64,000 nucleotides of DNA, taken from positions 62,001-126,000 of the forward strand of contig JABVCE010000026.1 in assembly GCA_014905635.1 (NCBI GenBank). The letters are read 5' to 3'. Below are positions 11,230 to 23,071 of the stretch, in pieces (position 1 is the stretch's first letter; each line of letters opens with the position of its first letter). A program made the translations under genes and the position numbers. This stretch comes from Scenedesmus sp. PABB004. Its lineage: Eukaryota. The notes beneath the pieces are model-generated. The model had not been told where the DNA came from. It ran no database searches and was given only the letters and a program-made list of their open reading frames with translations.

Positions 11230-12768
11230 TCAAATGCCGCCGCCGTCGAAGCCCTGCCCCACGCCCTGGGCCGCCTCGAAGCTGGCCAGCAGCGGCCCGG
11301 GCGGCTGGCGCGGCCTGCGCGCCGAGCCGGCGCCGGCGCTGCCGTCCGCCGCGGCGCGCTGTGCGCGCGGCGCCGCGGCGGCCCGTTTGCCGGCGCCGCC
11401 GCCGCTGCTGGAACTGCTGGAACTGCTGCTGGAACTGCCGCCGCCGCCGCTGCTGCCGCTGCGGCCGCCACTGCCGCTGCGGCCGCCACTGCCGCCGCCG
11501 CCGCCGGCGCGGCGCTTGGGGCGCGGCGCCGCGTAGCCCGGCTGGTTTGTCGCGGTGCGCAGTATGTGGCTGGCGATGAGGAGGCCGAAAAGGGCGGGGA
11601 TGTAGGCGCAGGTGCCGTAGTAGGAGCGCTTGAACCGGCCCTCGGCCAGCGCGAGCGCCGCGGGGCGGGGCAGCTCGTCGCTGAACACGGCCGTCACGCC
11701 GCTCGTCACGCCGCCCGCGCGCAGCCGCCGCCGCACGACCGCGGCGAGGCGGTCGTTGTGCGTGTCGGAGATGTCGGCGAGCCGCACCGCGCCGGGGTCG
11801 AGCCGCCCGCCGGCGCCCATGCTGCTCACGACGTGGCACCCCGCGGCGCGGCCCGCGAGCAGCAGCGCCGTCTTGGGTGCCACGCTGTCGATCGCGTCCA
11901 CCACGTAGCCAGCGCCCGCGCCGCCCACGAGCGCGCCGGCGGCAGAGGGCTCCAGAAACTCCTGCGCGCGGCGCCGCGCCGCACCGCGCCGCGGCGCCGC
12001 CCGTCGGGGCGCGGCGCGGGCGGCGCCGCGCGAGGGGCGGGCCGCGCGCACGGCCGCCGCGGCCGCTGCCCTCGGCGCGCCCACAGCCCCGCGGCGCGCG
12101 CCTGCTTGACTGTGAGGCGCAGGCGGGGGTTGATGTCGCGCAGGCGCTCCGCCACCACCTCGGCCTTGGGCCGCCCCACCGTGCTGCGCAGCGCCGGCAG
12201 CTGGCGGTTGCGGTTGGTCGTGTCCACGCTGTCGCCGTCCTGCGGCGCGGGGCAGCGCTCGCACTGGTCGGGGCGCCCGCAGCGGCGTGGCGGCAGGCCG
12301 CGGCTGCGGCCGCGCGGGCAGCGGCCGCCGGCAGGGCACCCCCACCGAGGCGGCACCGCAGCGCCGCCGCGCCGCGCGCCACACCACGATGGTCATCGCG
12401 CCCACGCCGGCGCGCGCCAAGAATTCAGCTGCGAACGACCCCACGCCGCCGAGGCCGACAACCAGCACGCTCGTGCGCTCCAGCGCCTCCAGGCCCTCCT
12501 GGCCCACCAGCAGCCGGCTGCGCTGCAGCCAGTCGTCGTCGTCGCCGTCGCCGTCGTCGCCGTCGGCGTCGGCGTCGCCGCGCGCGGCCGCCGGCGGCTC
12601 CGCGCCAGCCGCGGCTGAGCTCGCGGCGGCGGCGGCGGGCGCCTGCTGCCCGCCGCGCAGCGACCGGGCTGCTCGTGAGGTGCGTGGCCACAGCTGGGCC
12701 ACAATCGAGCGCCGCGCTCGCGCCGCAGCGGCGACAGCGGCGCCCGGCGGCGGCAGCAGCAGCGCCAT
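11230..12768 (-). CDS. ThiF-family tRNA threonylcarbamoyladenosine dehydratase (TcdA/CsdL-like) with transit-like N-terminus
   Basis: RSRLLVGQEGLEAL, VLVVGLGGVGSFAAEFLARAGVG, DGDSVDTTNRNRQL, VVDAIDS, SSMGAGGRLDP, TAVFSDE, IPALFGL. Confidence 0.9.
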   Translation of the reverse strand: MALLLPPPGAAVAAAARARRSIVAQLWPRTSRAARSLRGGQQAPAAAAASSAAAGAEPPAAARGDADADGDDGDGDDDDWLQRSRLLVGQEGLEALERTSVLVVGLGGVGSFAAEFLARAGVGAMTIVVWRAARRRCGAASVGVPCRRPLPARPQPRPAATPLRAPRPVRALPRAAGRRQRGHDQPQPPAAGAAQHGGAAQGRGGGGAPARHQPPPAPHSQAGARRGAVGAPRAAAAAAVRAARPSRGAARAAPRRAAPRRGAARRRAQEFLEPSAAGALVGGAGAGYVVDAIDSVAPKTALLLAGRAAGCHVVSSMGAGGRLDPGAVRLADISDTHNDRLAAVVRRRLRAGGVTSGVTAVFSDELPRPAALALAEGRFKRSYYGTCAYIPALFGLLIASHILRTATNQPGYAAPRPKRRAGGGGGSGGRSGSGGRSGSSGGGGSSSSSSSSSSSGGGAGKRAAAAPRAQRAAADGSAGAGSARRPRQPPGPLLASFEAAQGVGQGFDGGGI

Positions 12769-13002
12769 GCTCCCCGTGGTGGCGGCAGGCGCGCGTGGGG
12801 GCGCGGTGGGGTGGCAAGCTCGTGGAGCGCAGAACTGACCTGCGCGGGGGCGCGTTGTGCACCCCGTCGGCGCAGGCAGGCGTCGCGACGGCGGCGTCAC
12901 GCGGCCGCTGCGCTTCCCGCGCCGCAGCCCGCCACTGCCCGGCGAGGCCTCCCGCCCAGTCCCCGCGGCCGCGGCAGCTCGGTGGCGTCCCGCCGCGGCG
13001 GC

Positions 13003-13723
13003 ATGGACGACCCCTTTGACGGCGCGGTGCAGCTGGAGGCGGCGCACATCGCAGACGGCGCCGCCGCGGGCCGTCGGTGCGGCGGAGCCGCCGCTGGGCC
13101 GGCGCGTCGTGTGCGCCCGCCACCGCTCACGGCTGCCCCGCGCCCGCTGGCGACAGGGCAGGGCTGGCGGCGGGGCTGGAGGAGGGCCGCGGGCTCGGCC
13201 TCGCAAAGGGCTTTGAGATCGGTGCGCACCGTGCCCGCGCCGCACCGCCGCACCGTGCCCGCACGCCGCGCACGCGCGCCCCCCTTCGGCGCCGCCGCGC
13301 CGCCGCCCAGCCCCGCGCGCCCGGTGCCTGCCTGCGGCGCGGCAGGCGTGGAGGTGGGACACTACGCCGGCTGCGTGCGCGCGTGGCGCGCGCTGCAGGC
13401 GGGCGCGCCGGGCGCCGTCCCGGCGCGCCTGGAGCGCAGCATCGCGGCGATGGAGGAGTGCCTGGCCCAGGTCCCGCTGTACACGCCGCAGGCGCGCCCG
13501 CGGCGCGGCGGCAGCGCCCGCGCCAGCAGCCCCCTCGCGCGCCGCCGCGCGCGGTGGCAGCGGGTGAGCCGCCGCCCCGTGCGCCGCGCAGGACGAGGCG
13601 CTGACGGAGCTGCTGGAGGCGCTGCGCGGCAAGTACAAGACCGTGACTGCGGCGCTGGGCAAGGGCGGCGCCGGCGCCGGCGCCGGCGGAGGGGAGCAGG
13701 CGCCGCCGTCGCTCGCGTATTGA
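13003..13723 (+). CDS. LTO1/ORAOV1-like (Yae1_N GX3 repeat) protein, 4 exons
   Basis: MDDPFDGAVQLE.., GLEEGRGLGLAKGFEI|GVEVGHYAG (GxxxG repeats), ..ELLEALRGKYKTVTAALG, stop TGA at 13721. Confidence 0.8.
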
Positions 13724-14092
13724 CGGCGGAGCCGCTGACAGCGCGCATGCACATGTGGCGAGCGCTGCCGCACCCGCGGGCGCGAACTGAACTGGGCTCT
13801 GGCGCCGGGGAGAACCCAACTGGCGGCGCGCCGGCGCGCCCCGGCGCCGGGGCGGGTCGCGTGGAGGGTGGGGGGGGGGTCATTCGGTCAATTGCCGCTC
13901 TTATGCCGCGCCGACGGCCACGGGTAATGCTCCGCGCGAGCCAGGCCCGCGCGCTCTCTCGACGCCAGAAAAACTGCCACAGGCCGCCGGCGGCCTTCCT
14001 GGCACAGAGTACACAACAGCGTGCGCAACAGCGCTCCTGGCCACAGTGCCAGCAGCAGCGGCTCCTGATGTACATGTCGGCGGGCTGCGACG

Positions 14093-15619
14093 TCAGAACC
14101 GCACCGTCGCCACGATCGCCTCCAGCACGCGCTCCACGCCGGGGAGGTACAGCGGCTCAAAGGCCAGCGGGAAGGGCGTGTCCGCGCCGCACACCTGACC
14201 AGCAATGGTGCGGCGCGGCGCGGCGTCGGCCGAGCGCTGCGCGCGCTGCGCGCACGCGCTGCGCCCCGCGGCGCCGCGCAGCGCGCACCCGCGCGGGCGG
14301 GGCCTGCAGGTGCAGGAAGCAGCGCGCCGTGATGGACGCAACGAGCTCCGCGCCAAAGCCGGCCGTGAGGGGCGCCTCGTGGCTGACCAGCAGGCGGCCG
14401 GTCTTGGCCACACTGGAGGTGACGGTGGCCACGTCGTACGGCAGCAGCGTCTGCAGGTCCACCACCTCGCAGTCGATGCCGTGCTGCGCCTCCGCCGTGG
14501 CCGCCGCCGCGCGCAGCACGTGCACCTGCGCGCCCCAGCCCAGCAGCGTGATGTCGCGCCCCTGCCGCAGCACCGCCGCGCGGCCCAGCGCCGCCGGCTC
14601 GTCGCACAGCGGCACGTCCTCGACGCACGTGCGGTAGCTGCGGCGGCGCGGCGGCGGCGGCGGTGCGCGCGTGACGCGGGCGGCGCGCGGCCGGGGCGGC
14701 GCGGGCGGCGTGGGCGCTCCCCTTCTGGCCCCGTCCACGGGGCGCGCCCGCCCGCCCGCCCGCACAGGATTTTGGGCTCCAGGAAGATGCAGGGGTCGGG
14801 GTCGGCGATGCACGCCAGCAGCAGGCCTGGCGCGGTGCGGGAGCCGGGCGCCCGCGGCGGCGGCGGCGGCGCTCGGCGCGCCGCGCGGCGGCGCCCTGCC
14901 GCCGGGCCGCGCCGCAAACGGCCGCGCCGCGGGCGCGCACCCTTGGCGGATTTGGGCCCTGACGGCACGACGACCTTGAGCCCCGGCACGTGGCAGTAGA
15001 ACGCCTCGGGACTCTGGCTGTGGTAGTGCCCGCCGTGCCCGACCGCGCCGACGGGCGCGCGCAGCGTGAGCCCCGCCGCCGACGTGCCGCCGCTGCGGAA
15101 GCGGACCTTTGCGGCCTCGCTGACGAGCTGGTCAAACGCGGGGTGGAGGTAGTCGGCAAACTGGATCTCCGCGATCGGCACGTAGCCCTGGGACGCGAGG
15201 CCGACCGCGAGGCCGGCGATGCCCGACTCGTTGAGCGGCGTGTTGAACACGCGGCGGCCGCCAAAGCGCTCCGCGAGGCCCGCGGTGCAGCGGAACACGC
15301 CGCCAAACGCGACGTCCTCGCCAAACACGAGCGCCCTGCGCGTGCAGCGCGCGGCGCGGTGCGCGGGCTCGGGCCCGGGCGCGCGGCGCGCGGGCCAGGG
15401 GCCGCGGGCGCGCGCCGCCCCCTCCCCAGTGCACTTTTCGTTGCCGTCGAGCGCGGCGTGCAGCGCCTCGTTCACGGCGCTGCAGAGATTGAGCGGCCGC
15501 GCCGCCGGCGCGGCGGCGGCCTCGCCGCCGCCCTCGGGCGCCGTGTGCAGCGCCGCGCTGCCGCCGAGCCAGCGCAGCGCGGGCGCGCCGGCGCGGCGCC
15601 GCAGCGCCGCCGCCGCCAT
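14093..15619 (-). CDS. BCKDHB: Branched-chain 2-oxoacid dehydrogenase E1 beta subunit, mitochondrial
   Basis: [94 protein letters not shown]. Confidence 0.95.
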   Translation of the reverse strand: MAAAALRRRAGAPALRWLGGSAALHTAPEGGGEAAAAPAARPLNLCSAVNEALHAALDGNEKCTGEGAARARGPWPARRAPGPEPAHRAARCTRRALVFGEDVAFGGVFRCTAGLAERFGGRRVFNTPLNESGIAGLAVGLASQGYVPIAEIQFADYLHPAFDQLVSEAAKVRFRSGGTSAAGLTLRAPVGAVGHGGHYHSQSPEAFYCHVPGLKVVVPSGPKSAKGARPRRGRLRRGPAAGRRRAARRAPPPPPRAPGSRTAPGLLLACIADPDPCIFLEPKILCGRAGGRAPWTGPEGERPRRPRRPGRAPPASRAHRRRRRAAAATARASRTCRCATSRRRWAARRCCGRGATSRCWAGARRCTCCARRRPRRRRSTASTARWWTCRRCCRTTWPPSPPVWPRPAACWSATRRPSRPALARSSLRPSRRAASCTCRPRPRGCALRGAAGRSACAQRAQRSADAAPRRTIAGQVCGADTPFPLAFEPLYLPGVERVLEAIVATVRF

Positions 15620-16002
15620 GCGCGGCAGAGGGCCTCCAACGAGCTGCGGCGGGGCCCCCGCTGGGCTTGCGGGCGTGCGCGCGCGGCGGCAGCAGCGGTG
15701 CGCGGCGCGGCCCGGTCAGCGCGGCGCCCGCGGGGGGCGCCTGGCGTGTCGGCGCTGCTGTCGGGCGGCTGGGCTGGCGCGGGCGGAGCGCGATGGGAGG
15801 GGCGGGCGGCGAGAGGGGCCTTGCGGCGGCTGCCGAACCGCGCGTGACGTGCCGAGACCTGCTGCTGCCGGCACGTGTGTGCAGCAGGCGCCCTCCCGCG
15901 CTCAGACGACCGCACCGCATCGCCCTCCACACGCCCGGGACGCTGCCGGCATTCACAGCACCCCCCGCCGCCCGCAGCAGCACCACCGGGGGCAGGCGCA
16001 GC

Positions 16003-17785
16003 ATGGCGAGCTGCCCGCCGGCCTGCGGCGCCTGCTGCGACCACCCGGACCGGCACGCGGACGGCCTGGCCGGCCTGCTCGCCGCCAACCGGTGAGCCGC
16101 GCGCGCGGGGGTTGCGCAGGCCTGCAATGGCGCGCCGCCCGGCGCCTGCGGGCGTCGCGCGCGCCCGCGGGGCGCGGTGGCGGCGCTGCCGGGCGCGCGG
16201 CGTGCGGGGGAGGCGAGGGCGCGGCGCTGCGGGCCTCCCTGCGCGGCTAGGGCCGGCGCAAGGTGCGACGGGGCCGGTTTTGACCTAGCCCCCCGCCCCC
16301 GCAGCTCCTGGGCCGCCTCCATGCGCGCCGCGGATGCAGAGTACTTCACGCGCCTGGCGGCGCAGCAGAGCCCGGAGTACCTGTGGATTGGCTGCTCCGA
16401 CTCGCGCGTTCCGGTGCGCCCACGCGCCCCCGGGCCGCGTGTTCGCCCGCCCGCCGCGCCCCCGGGCGCGGGGCGCGGCCGGCGCCCGCGCCGCGCGCGG
16501 GGCAGTTGCGTAGGAGGGTCGCTACGGCCGCGCGCGCCGCCGCCGCCGACCCGCCCGCCGCGCTCGCCGCGGCGTCCCCTCCCTCCCCGCAGGCCAACCA
16601 GATCCTGGACATGTCGCCCGGCGAGATCTTCGTGCAGCGCAACGGTGCGCCGCCGCCCGCACACGCACGCCGCGCGCGCCGACGCGCGCTCGCCGACTCG
16701 CCCGGCCCACGCGCCTGCACGCACGGCGCGCCGCGCCGCGCCCCGCTGCTGCGCAGTCGGCAACCAGGCGATGCACACCGACATGAACCTCATGTCGTGC
16801 CTGGAGTACGCGGTCAAGGCGCTCAAGGCGCGGCGCGGCGCGGGGAGCGGCGCGGGCTCGCTCGCACCTCGGCCCGCGGCGTCGGCGGCGGGCGGCCCGG
16901 GTCGCCCGCGCGGCGCGCCCTGACCCGCTGGCCCTGCTGGCCCCGCCCCGCCCCGCCCGCCCCCACACACACCCAGGTGAAAACCATCATCCTGTGCGGG
17001 CACTACAACTGCGGCGCGGTCAAGGCGGCGCTGCAGCTCCCGCACGCGACGCCGGGCCTGGTCAACTGCTGGATCAGCGACATCCGCGAGTGCCGCAACC
17101 AGGCCGAGGACGAGCTGCGCGGGCTCGACCCCGAGCAGCAGCTCGCGCGCCTGTGCGAGCTCAACGTGCTGCGCCAGCTCTTCCACGTCGCGACGAGCCC
17201 CGTCGTCGCGGGCGCGTGGGGTGAGGGCCAGGAGCTGCACCTCTACGGCACCATCTACGACGTCAGCGACGGCCACCTCCGCAAGCTCGCGGGGCCCATC
17301 TCCAGCGACAACGGTGCGGCGCGGGCGGGCGCGGGCGGGCGCGGGCGCGCGGGGGGCGAGGGGATGGGGGTGGCCCGCCGGCGGGGCGGCCGCGCTGACG
17401 CGCGCGCCGCCGCGCGGCTCGCGCGGCCGCAGGCTACGACCACAGCCTGGAGGGCTTTGTCAGCGGCGGGCTGACCGTGACGCGCTGCCCCGCGACCAAC
17501 CGGCTGCGCGTGTCGACGACGGAGGAGCCGTCCGACGGCGCCAGCCCGCCCGCGTCGAACGGCGGCGGCTGCCGCGCGTTTGCCAGCAGCGGCGGCGCCA
17601 GCGACGGCAGCGCCGCCGCCGAGGCGGGCGACGCGTCGCTGCGCAGCAGCAGCGGCGTGCTGCTGCCGCTGCTGTCGGGCGACCTCATGAGCAGCATCAA
17701 CAACATCAACCTCGCGGAGAGCCTCGCCAAGCACAAGCACTGGGCCGTCCCGCGCTCGCCGACCGCCGCGGGCGCGGGCGCGTGA
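16003..17785 (+). CDS. Beta-class carbonic anhydrase with C-terminal extension (6 exons)
   Basis: Zinc motifs WIGCSDSRVP and CGHYNCGAV; also GEIFVQRN|VGN, SCLEYAV, LCELNV. Confidence 0.95.
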
Positions 17786-18732
17786 GCGGGCGCGCGTCAG
17801 CGGCGCGCGTCAGCGGGCGCGTCAGCGGCGCGCGGCGCCGCCGGCGCCGGCCCAGCCAGCAGCAGCGTGCGGGATATGGGGGATGGGGGGGGGATGTGGG
17901 GGCTTAGGAGGGGAGATGGGTAGGGTGGAGCCGGCTGGCGGTCGCGCCCGGCCCCCGCGCCGGCGCCGGGTGCGGCGCCGCGCCGGCGATCTCTTTTGTG
18001 CGCGGTCCCGCTTGCTCTGCCGACCGACCGCAGAATCAAACTTCCTGCTCGCCTGCGCGCCCTGGCGGCGGCGGCGGCGCCGCGCGGCGCGCCGCCGCCG
18101 CGTGGACAAAGCTGCGCCCGCGGCGGCCCCCCATTGGGCGCCGCGGACGCCCGTCCGCAGCGCTGAATGCAACACCACCATGCTGCCACCGCACACCGCA
18201 CTTGCACGCCGCGGCCCCTCCACATTGGTGAGGGCCGCGGCAGCCACCCTGAACTGCAGGCAGACGGGCGCACAGCACAGCTGGTCGCCGCGCCGCCTGG
18301 CCCGGCCCGCGCTGGGACCCGGGCGGCGGCGGCGGCGGCGGGGCAGCATGATCATGGTTTGGTCGACCGCACGGTGATCTGGCTGGCTGGTGCGCACGGT
18401 GCGCGCACCTGTAAACGTCGCCGCGCGCGCAGGCAGCGCCGCCCTGGCGGTGCCGCCGCCGGCACTACGCACGAGGTCGCACACGCACACAGCACCGTGC
18501 AGAATACCCGCGCGCGCGGGCCGTGCGGCGTGACGCGCGGGCTCAGGAACAAGGGCGGAAGGCGGGCTCCGGCTGCCGGTCCAGCCGCGCCGATGTTGGC
18601 CGTCGGCCGCACACGCCATCGTCTTCTCCACCCTCGGCAAGGTCGTCCGCGGCCCTGGGCGCGGCCTCTCCTCGCCGCAGCGCGACGGCAGCAGCGCGCG
18701 CCGGCGCAACGGCCGCGCGGGTCTTCGCAGCC

Positions 18733-20582
18733 ATGGCTCCCCGGCGAGACCTGGTCGCCCTCACCCTCCTGGCGGCGGCGGCCGCGGCTGCGGCGGCGGC
18801 CGACCCCGCGGCGGCGGCCGACGCGAGCAGCGCCGGCGCCGGTGCCGCCGCCGCGCTCGCCGCGGCGCGGTCGCCGATTTTCATTTTCCCGGGCATCCTG
18901 GGGTCCGGCATCACGGGCACGCCCAGCGCCAACTCGCCGGCGCTCGCGGCGGCGTGCCCGGCGATCGCGGCGTCGGGCGCGACGCAGTCGCTGTGGGCGC
19001 CCAGCCTGCTGCTCCTCGGCAGCCGGTCGTGCTGGTACTATCTGTTCCGCCTCCGCGCCGCGCCGGGCGGCGGCTTTGCCGACGCGGAGGGCGTGACCGC
19101 GGCTGTCGACCCCGGCGGCGCGAGCGGGACGGAGTTTGACATCTGGGCCCGCGCCAACTACGGCAAGCTCGCCGCCGCGATCGCCAAGGGCCTGCCGGGG
19201 TACGTGGTGGGGGAGAACCTCTTTGGCGCGCCCTACGACTTCCGCTGGGACGCGGCGGGCCTCGCCGACACGGGGCGCCTCGACGCGCTCGCCGACCGCG
19301 TCGCCGCGGCGGTGCGCGCCAACGGCGGCCGCAAGGCGGTGCTGGTCGGGCACAGCATGGGCGGGCTCGTCGCGCTCACGATGCTCCGCCACCCACGCTT
19401 CGAGGCCTGGCGGTGCGGCGCGGGGCGCGCGGCGGCTCGCGCGCGCGCACGCGGCGCGGGGCGCGCCGCGGCGCCGGGCCGCCGACCGCCCCGCGCCTGC
19501 GCAGGGCTGCCAACGTGCAGGGCTACCTCGCGCTGGCCGCGCCGCTCGGCGGCGCGGTGACCGCGACCGCGATGCGCGTGAGTGGGTACAACTTTGGCTT
19601 TTCCGTCGCCGCGGCGACCGCGCCGGTGGTCGCCGCGGCCGCGGCGGCGGGGCAGCCCGTGGCGGCGTCCGACTTTTTCCGCGAGTCCCTGTACCAGCTC
19701 TCGGCGGGGCAGCCGTCCGTGGGCATGCTCATGCCCTACGCCGCAGCGTTCGGCAGCGACCGGGTGCGCGCGCCGCTGGCTCGGGCGGCCGCGGCGCGCC
19801 CGCGCGCGCTCGCACGCGCACGTGCTGTCGCGGCGCACGCGCTGACGGCGCTGCGCGCACGCTCACGGCGCACGATGCACGCCGCAGGTGCTGGTTGAGA
19901 CGCCGAGCCGAAACTTCACGGTCGCCCAGATCGCCGCGCTGCTGGCGGCCACGGGCGACACGCAGCTGGCGCGTGCCGCGCGCCGCCGCGCCCGCCGCGC
20001 CCGCCGCGCCGGAGCCTCGCTGACGCCGGCGCGCGTGCACGCGCCGCGCAGGCGGGCGCGTTTGACGCGGTGCACACGGCCGACAAGCTGACCGCGGCGG
20101 GGCCGCTCCCCGGCATCCAGTCGGCGTGCGTGTTTGGGCGCTCGGTCGACACGCCGCTGCGCTACCGCTACGCGGCCGACATCGTGCCCGGCAAGCTCAG
20201 CGGCGAGCCGCTCGCGGCCGGCGGCGCGGTCGGGCGCGGCGACGGGACGGTCAACATCGAGAGCCTGCGCCTCTGCAGCAAGTGCGGCGCGGCGGCTGCG
20301 CGGCGGCTGCGCGGCGCGGCGGCGGGGCGGCGAGCGGACGGGGCGGCGAGGGGCCGCGGGCGGGCTCGCGGGCGGGCGGGGCCGCGTGGCGCCCGCGCGG
20401 GGCGCCCGCCCGCCGCTCACGCCCCCGCCGCGCCGCCGCCGCGCCGCCGCAGGCTGCTCGGCAAGAATCCGCCGGCGGGCCGGCTGGTGCAGCTCGGCAG
20501 CGGCGTGACGCACACGAGCTTGCTGACCAACGCCGCTGCGCAGCGGGCGATTGTCCGCGCGCTGGAGCAGCTCACCGCGTGA
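18733..20582 (+). CDS. Secreted LCAT/PLA2G15-family lipase-acyltransferase
   Basis: Signal peptide; IFPGILGS, GENLFGAPYDFR, nucleophile GHSMGG, GDGTV (Asp), VTHTSLL (His). Confidence 0.9.
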
Positions 20583-21304
20583 GAGGGGGGGGGGGGAGCT
20601 AGGACGGCCGGGCGGGCGTGCCAGCAGAACATACAGCAGCCCTGCCGCCTGTGCGGCGCAGCAGCGGTGCAAACGTATTGGCGCGCGGCGGCGCTCGGCT
20701 CGCCCCGCCGCCAGGGCGGTCCCCTGGCGGCGGGCGGCGGCCCCGCTGCGGGCGCCGGCGCGAGCCACGCCAGCGCGCGGGTAGGGCAGGGGCGGGAGGA
20801 AGGGGCAAGAAAACATCCGGGCGGCGCATGCGCTTGCCGCTGCTGGTCTGGAGCTTGCGGCGGCGGGTGTTTGCAGCGCGTGCACGGGGCATGCGCGCGC
20901 TGGATCTGTGACGGCTGGCGGCGCAGCGCGCGCGGCGCGTGCTCGCGCGAGCACAAGCCTTTTTTCACGCGCCGAGAGAGAGCACCGCGCATCGGGTCCC
21001 GCCAATAACCGGCCCACACCAACTCGGTCGGCTGCTCGGCGGCCGGCGGCCGGCGCGCGTCACGAGCGCGCGCGCCGCGCGCCACGAGGGAACCAACTCG
21101 GCATGCCCCCGCCCCCGCTCGGCACGCCCCCCGCCCCGCCCCGGTTCAGCCCCAGCTGCCGCGCGCCGCCGTCGCCGCGCGCAGCGCGGTTCACTCGCCC
21201 GCCAGGCGCGCAGCGCGCGCGCAGCTCCGCGGCACGGCGCCAGCGCCGCCAGTGCAGCCGCGCGCAGCGCCCCCTCGCCGCCCGCGCCGCCGCCGCCGCG
21301 GCCC

Positions 21305-21795
21305 CTACTTCTGCGCCGCGTCCGTGCGCGCCGGCTCCTTGCCGCCGCTGCCCGCGGCTGCGGCCGCCTGGGGGCCGAACTCGGCCATGAAGTCTGTGTG
21401 GAAGGCCTTGAACTTCTCCACGAAGCCGGCCATCACCTCCTCGCGCGGCAGGAAGGTCGTGCGGAAGTGCTGGCTGCCCGCGGCCTGGCCAAAGCCGCTG
21501 CCCGGGATGGTGCAGATGCCCGCCTGCTCCAGCAGGCGCAGGCAGTAAAACACGTCCGCCTTCTTGCCGGCCGCCGCGGCCGCCGCGAGCGCGGCGGGCG
21601 GCATGTGCACCTGGCGCGGGGGCGGGGCGCGGCGGCGCGGCGCGGCGTGTGCGCCGGCGAGGAGCGCGGGGGCGCCGCACGCGCGCGCCGACGCCGCGCT
21701 GCCGCACACGCACACGCACGCGCGCGCGCACACGCACACGCACACGCATACGCACACGCACACGCACACGCACACGCACACGCACACGCACACGC

Positions 21796-21859
<64 letters not shown>

Positions 21860-22978
21860 CACACGCACACTCACACAACACACGCACGCGCGCGCACGCG
21901 CGGGTCACCTGCGGGAACGCATACATCGCCGCCTCTGTCGGCACGACGCTCATGTTTGGCAGGCTGTTGAACGCCGCGCTCACGAGCGCCGCGCGGCGCC
22001 GCAGGCTGGCCAGCTCGTCCGCGCGCTCGCGCGCCCACTGCGCGTGCGAGGGGTCGCCCGGGCGCGGCGGGTTGCACAGCACCGACACGACGACCTGCCC
22101 GACTGCGTGAGTGCGTGTGGGGAGAGGTGGGGAGGAAGGGAGCAGGGGCGGGGCGGGACGGGGCGGCGGCAGGGGCGTCGGCGCCGCGGCGCGGCGCGGC
22201 GCGGTGCGCGGCGCGGTGCGGCGGCGCGCGGGGGCCGCCCCCTCTCCTCTCGCGCGCGCGCGCGCGCGCACTGGTGTTGGGGCAGAGGCCGATGCTGGAG
22301 AGCTTGTAGAGCTGCGCCACGGTGCCGGGGTGGATGTTGGTCAGAACGTAGTACCCGCCACGCAGCCCGCACTCGCCGCTCGTGCCCTGGGGGCACGGTG
22401 TGAGCGTGCGGCGCGGCGGCGGCGGCGGCGGCGGCGGTTTTGTCGATGGGGGAGGATTGGGGGGTGAGGCGTGCGCGGCGGGCGCAGCGGCGGCGGGGAC
22501 GCGGCGCGCGGCGCGCGGGCGGGCGTCGCGCGTGCCTTTGAGACTGAGTGGAAGCTGATGAGCTCGCAGGCCCCCGGGTCGGGGCCGTCCATGAGCGCCT
22601 TGTGCGCCGACACAAACGGCCTGGGCGGGGCGGCGGCGGCGGCATTTGCGTGTGTGGGTGTGTGTGCGTGTGTGTGTGCGCGGGGGGTGTGGGCGCCGCG
22701 CCGCGGCGCGCCACGCCGCGCCGCGCCCGGCTCGTACCCCCACCGCCTGTCCTTTCCTCCCCTCCACGCACACACAGCACACACAGCACACGCCCCCCCC
22801 CCCCCCCCCCAAACTCCCTCCCTCCCTCACCGGTCGTCCCGATAGACCAGCTCCTGGTACACCTCGTCTGCCAGCAGCACCACGCGCTCCCGCGCGCACC
22901 ACGACACCAGGGCCGCCACGTCGGGGCCTGGCAGGCAGGAGCCGGTGGGGTTGCCGGGGTTGATGAACACCAGCGCCC

Positions 22979-23071
<93 letters not shown>

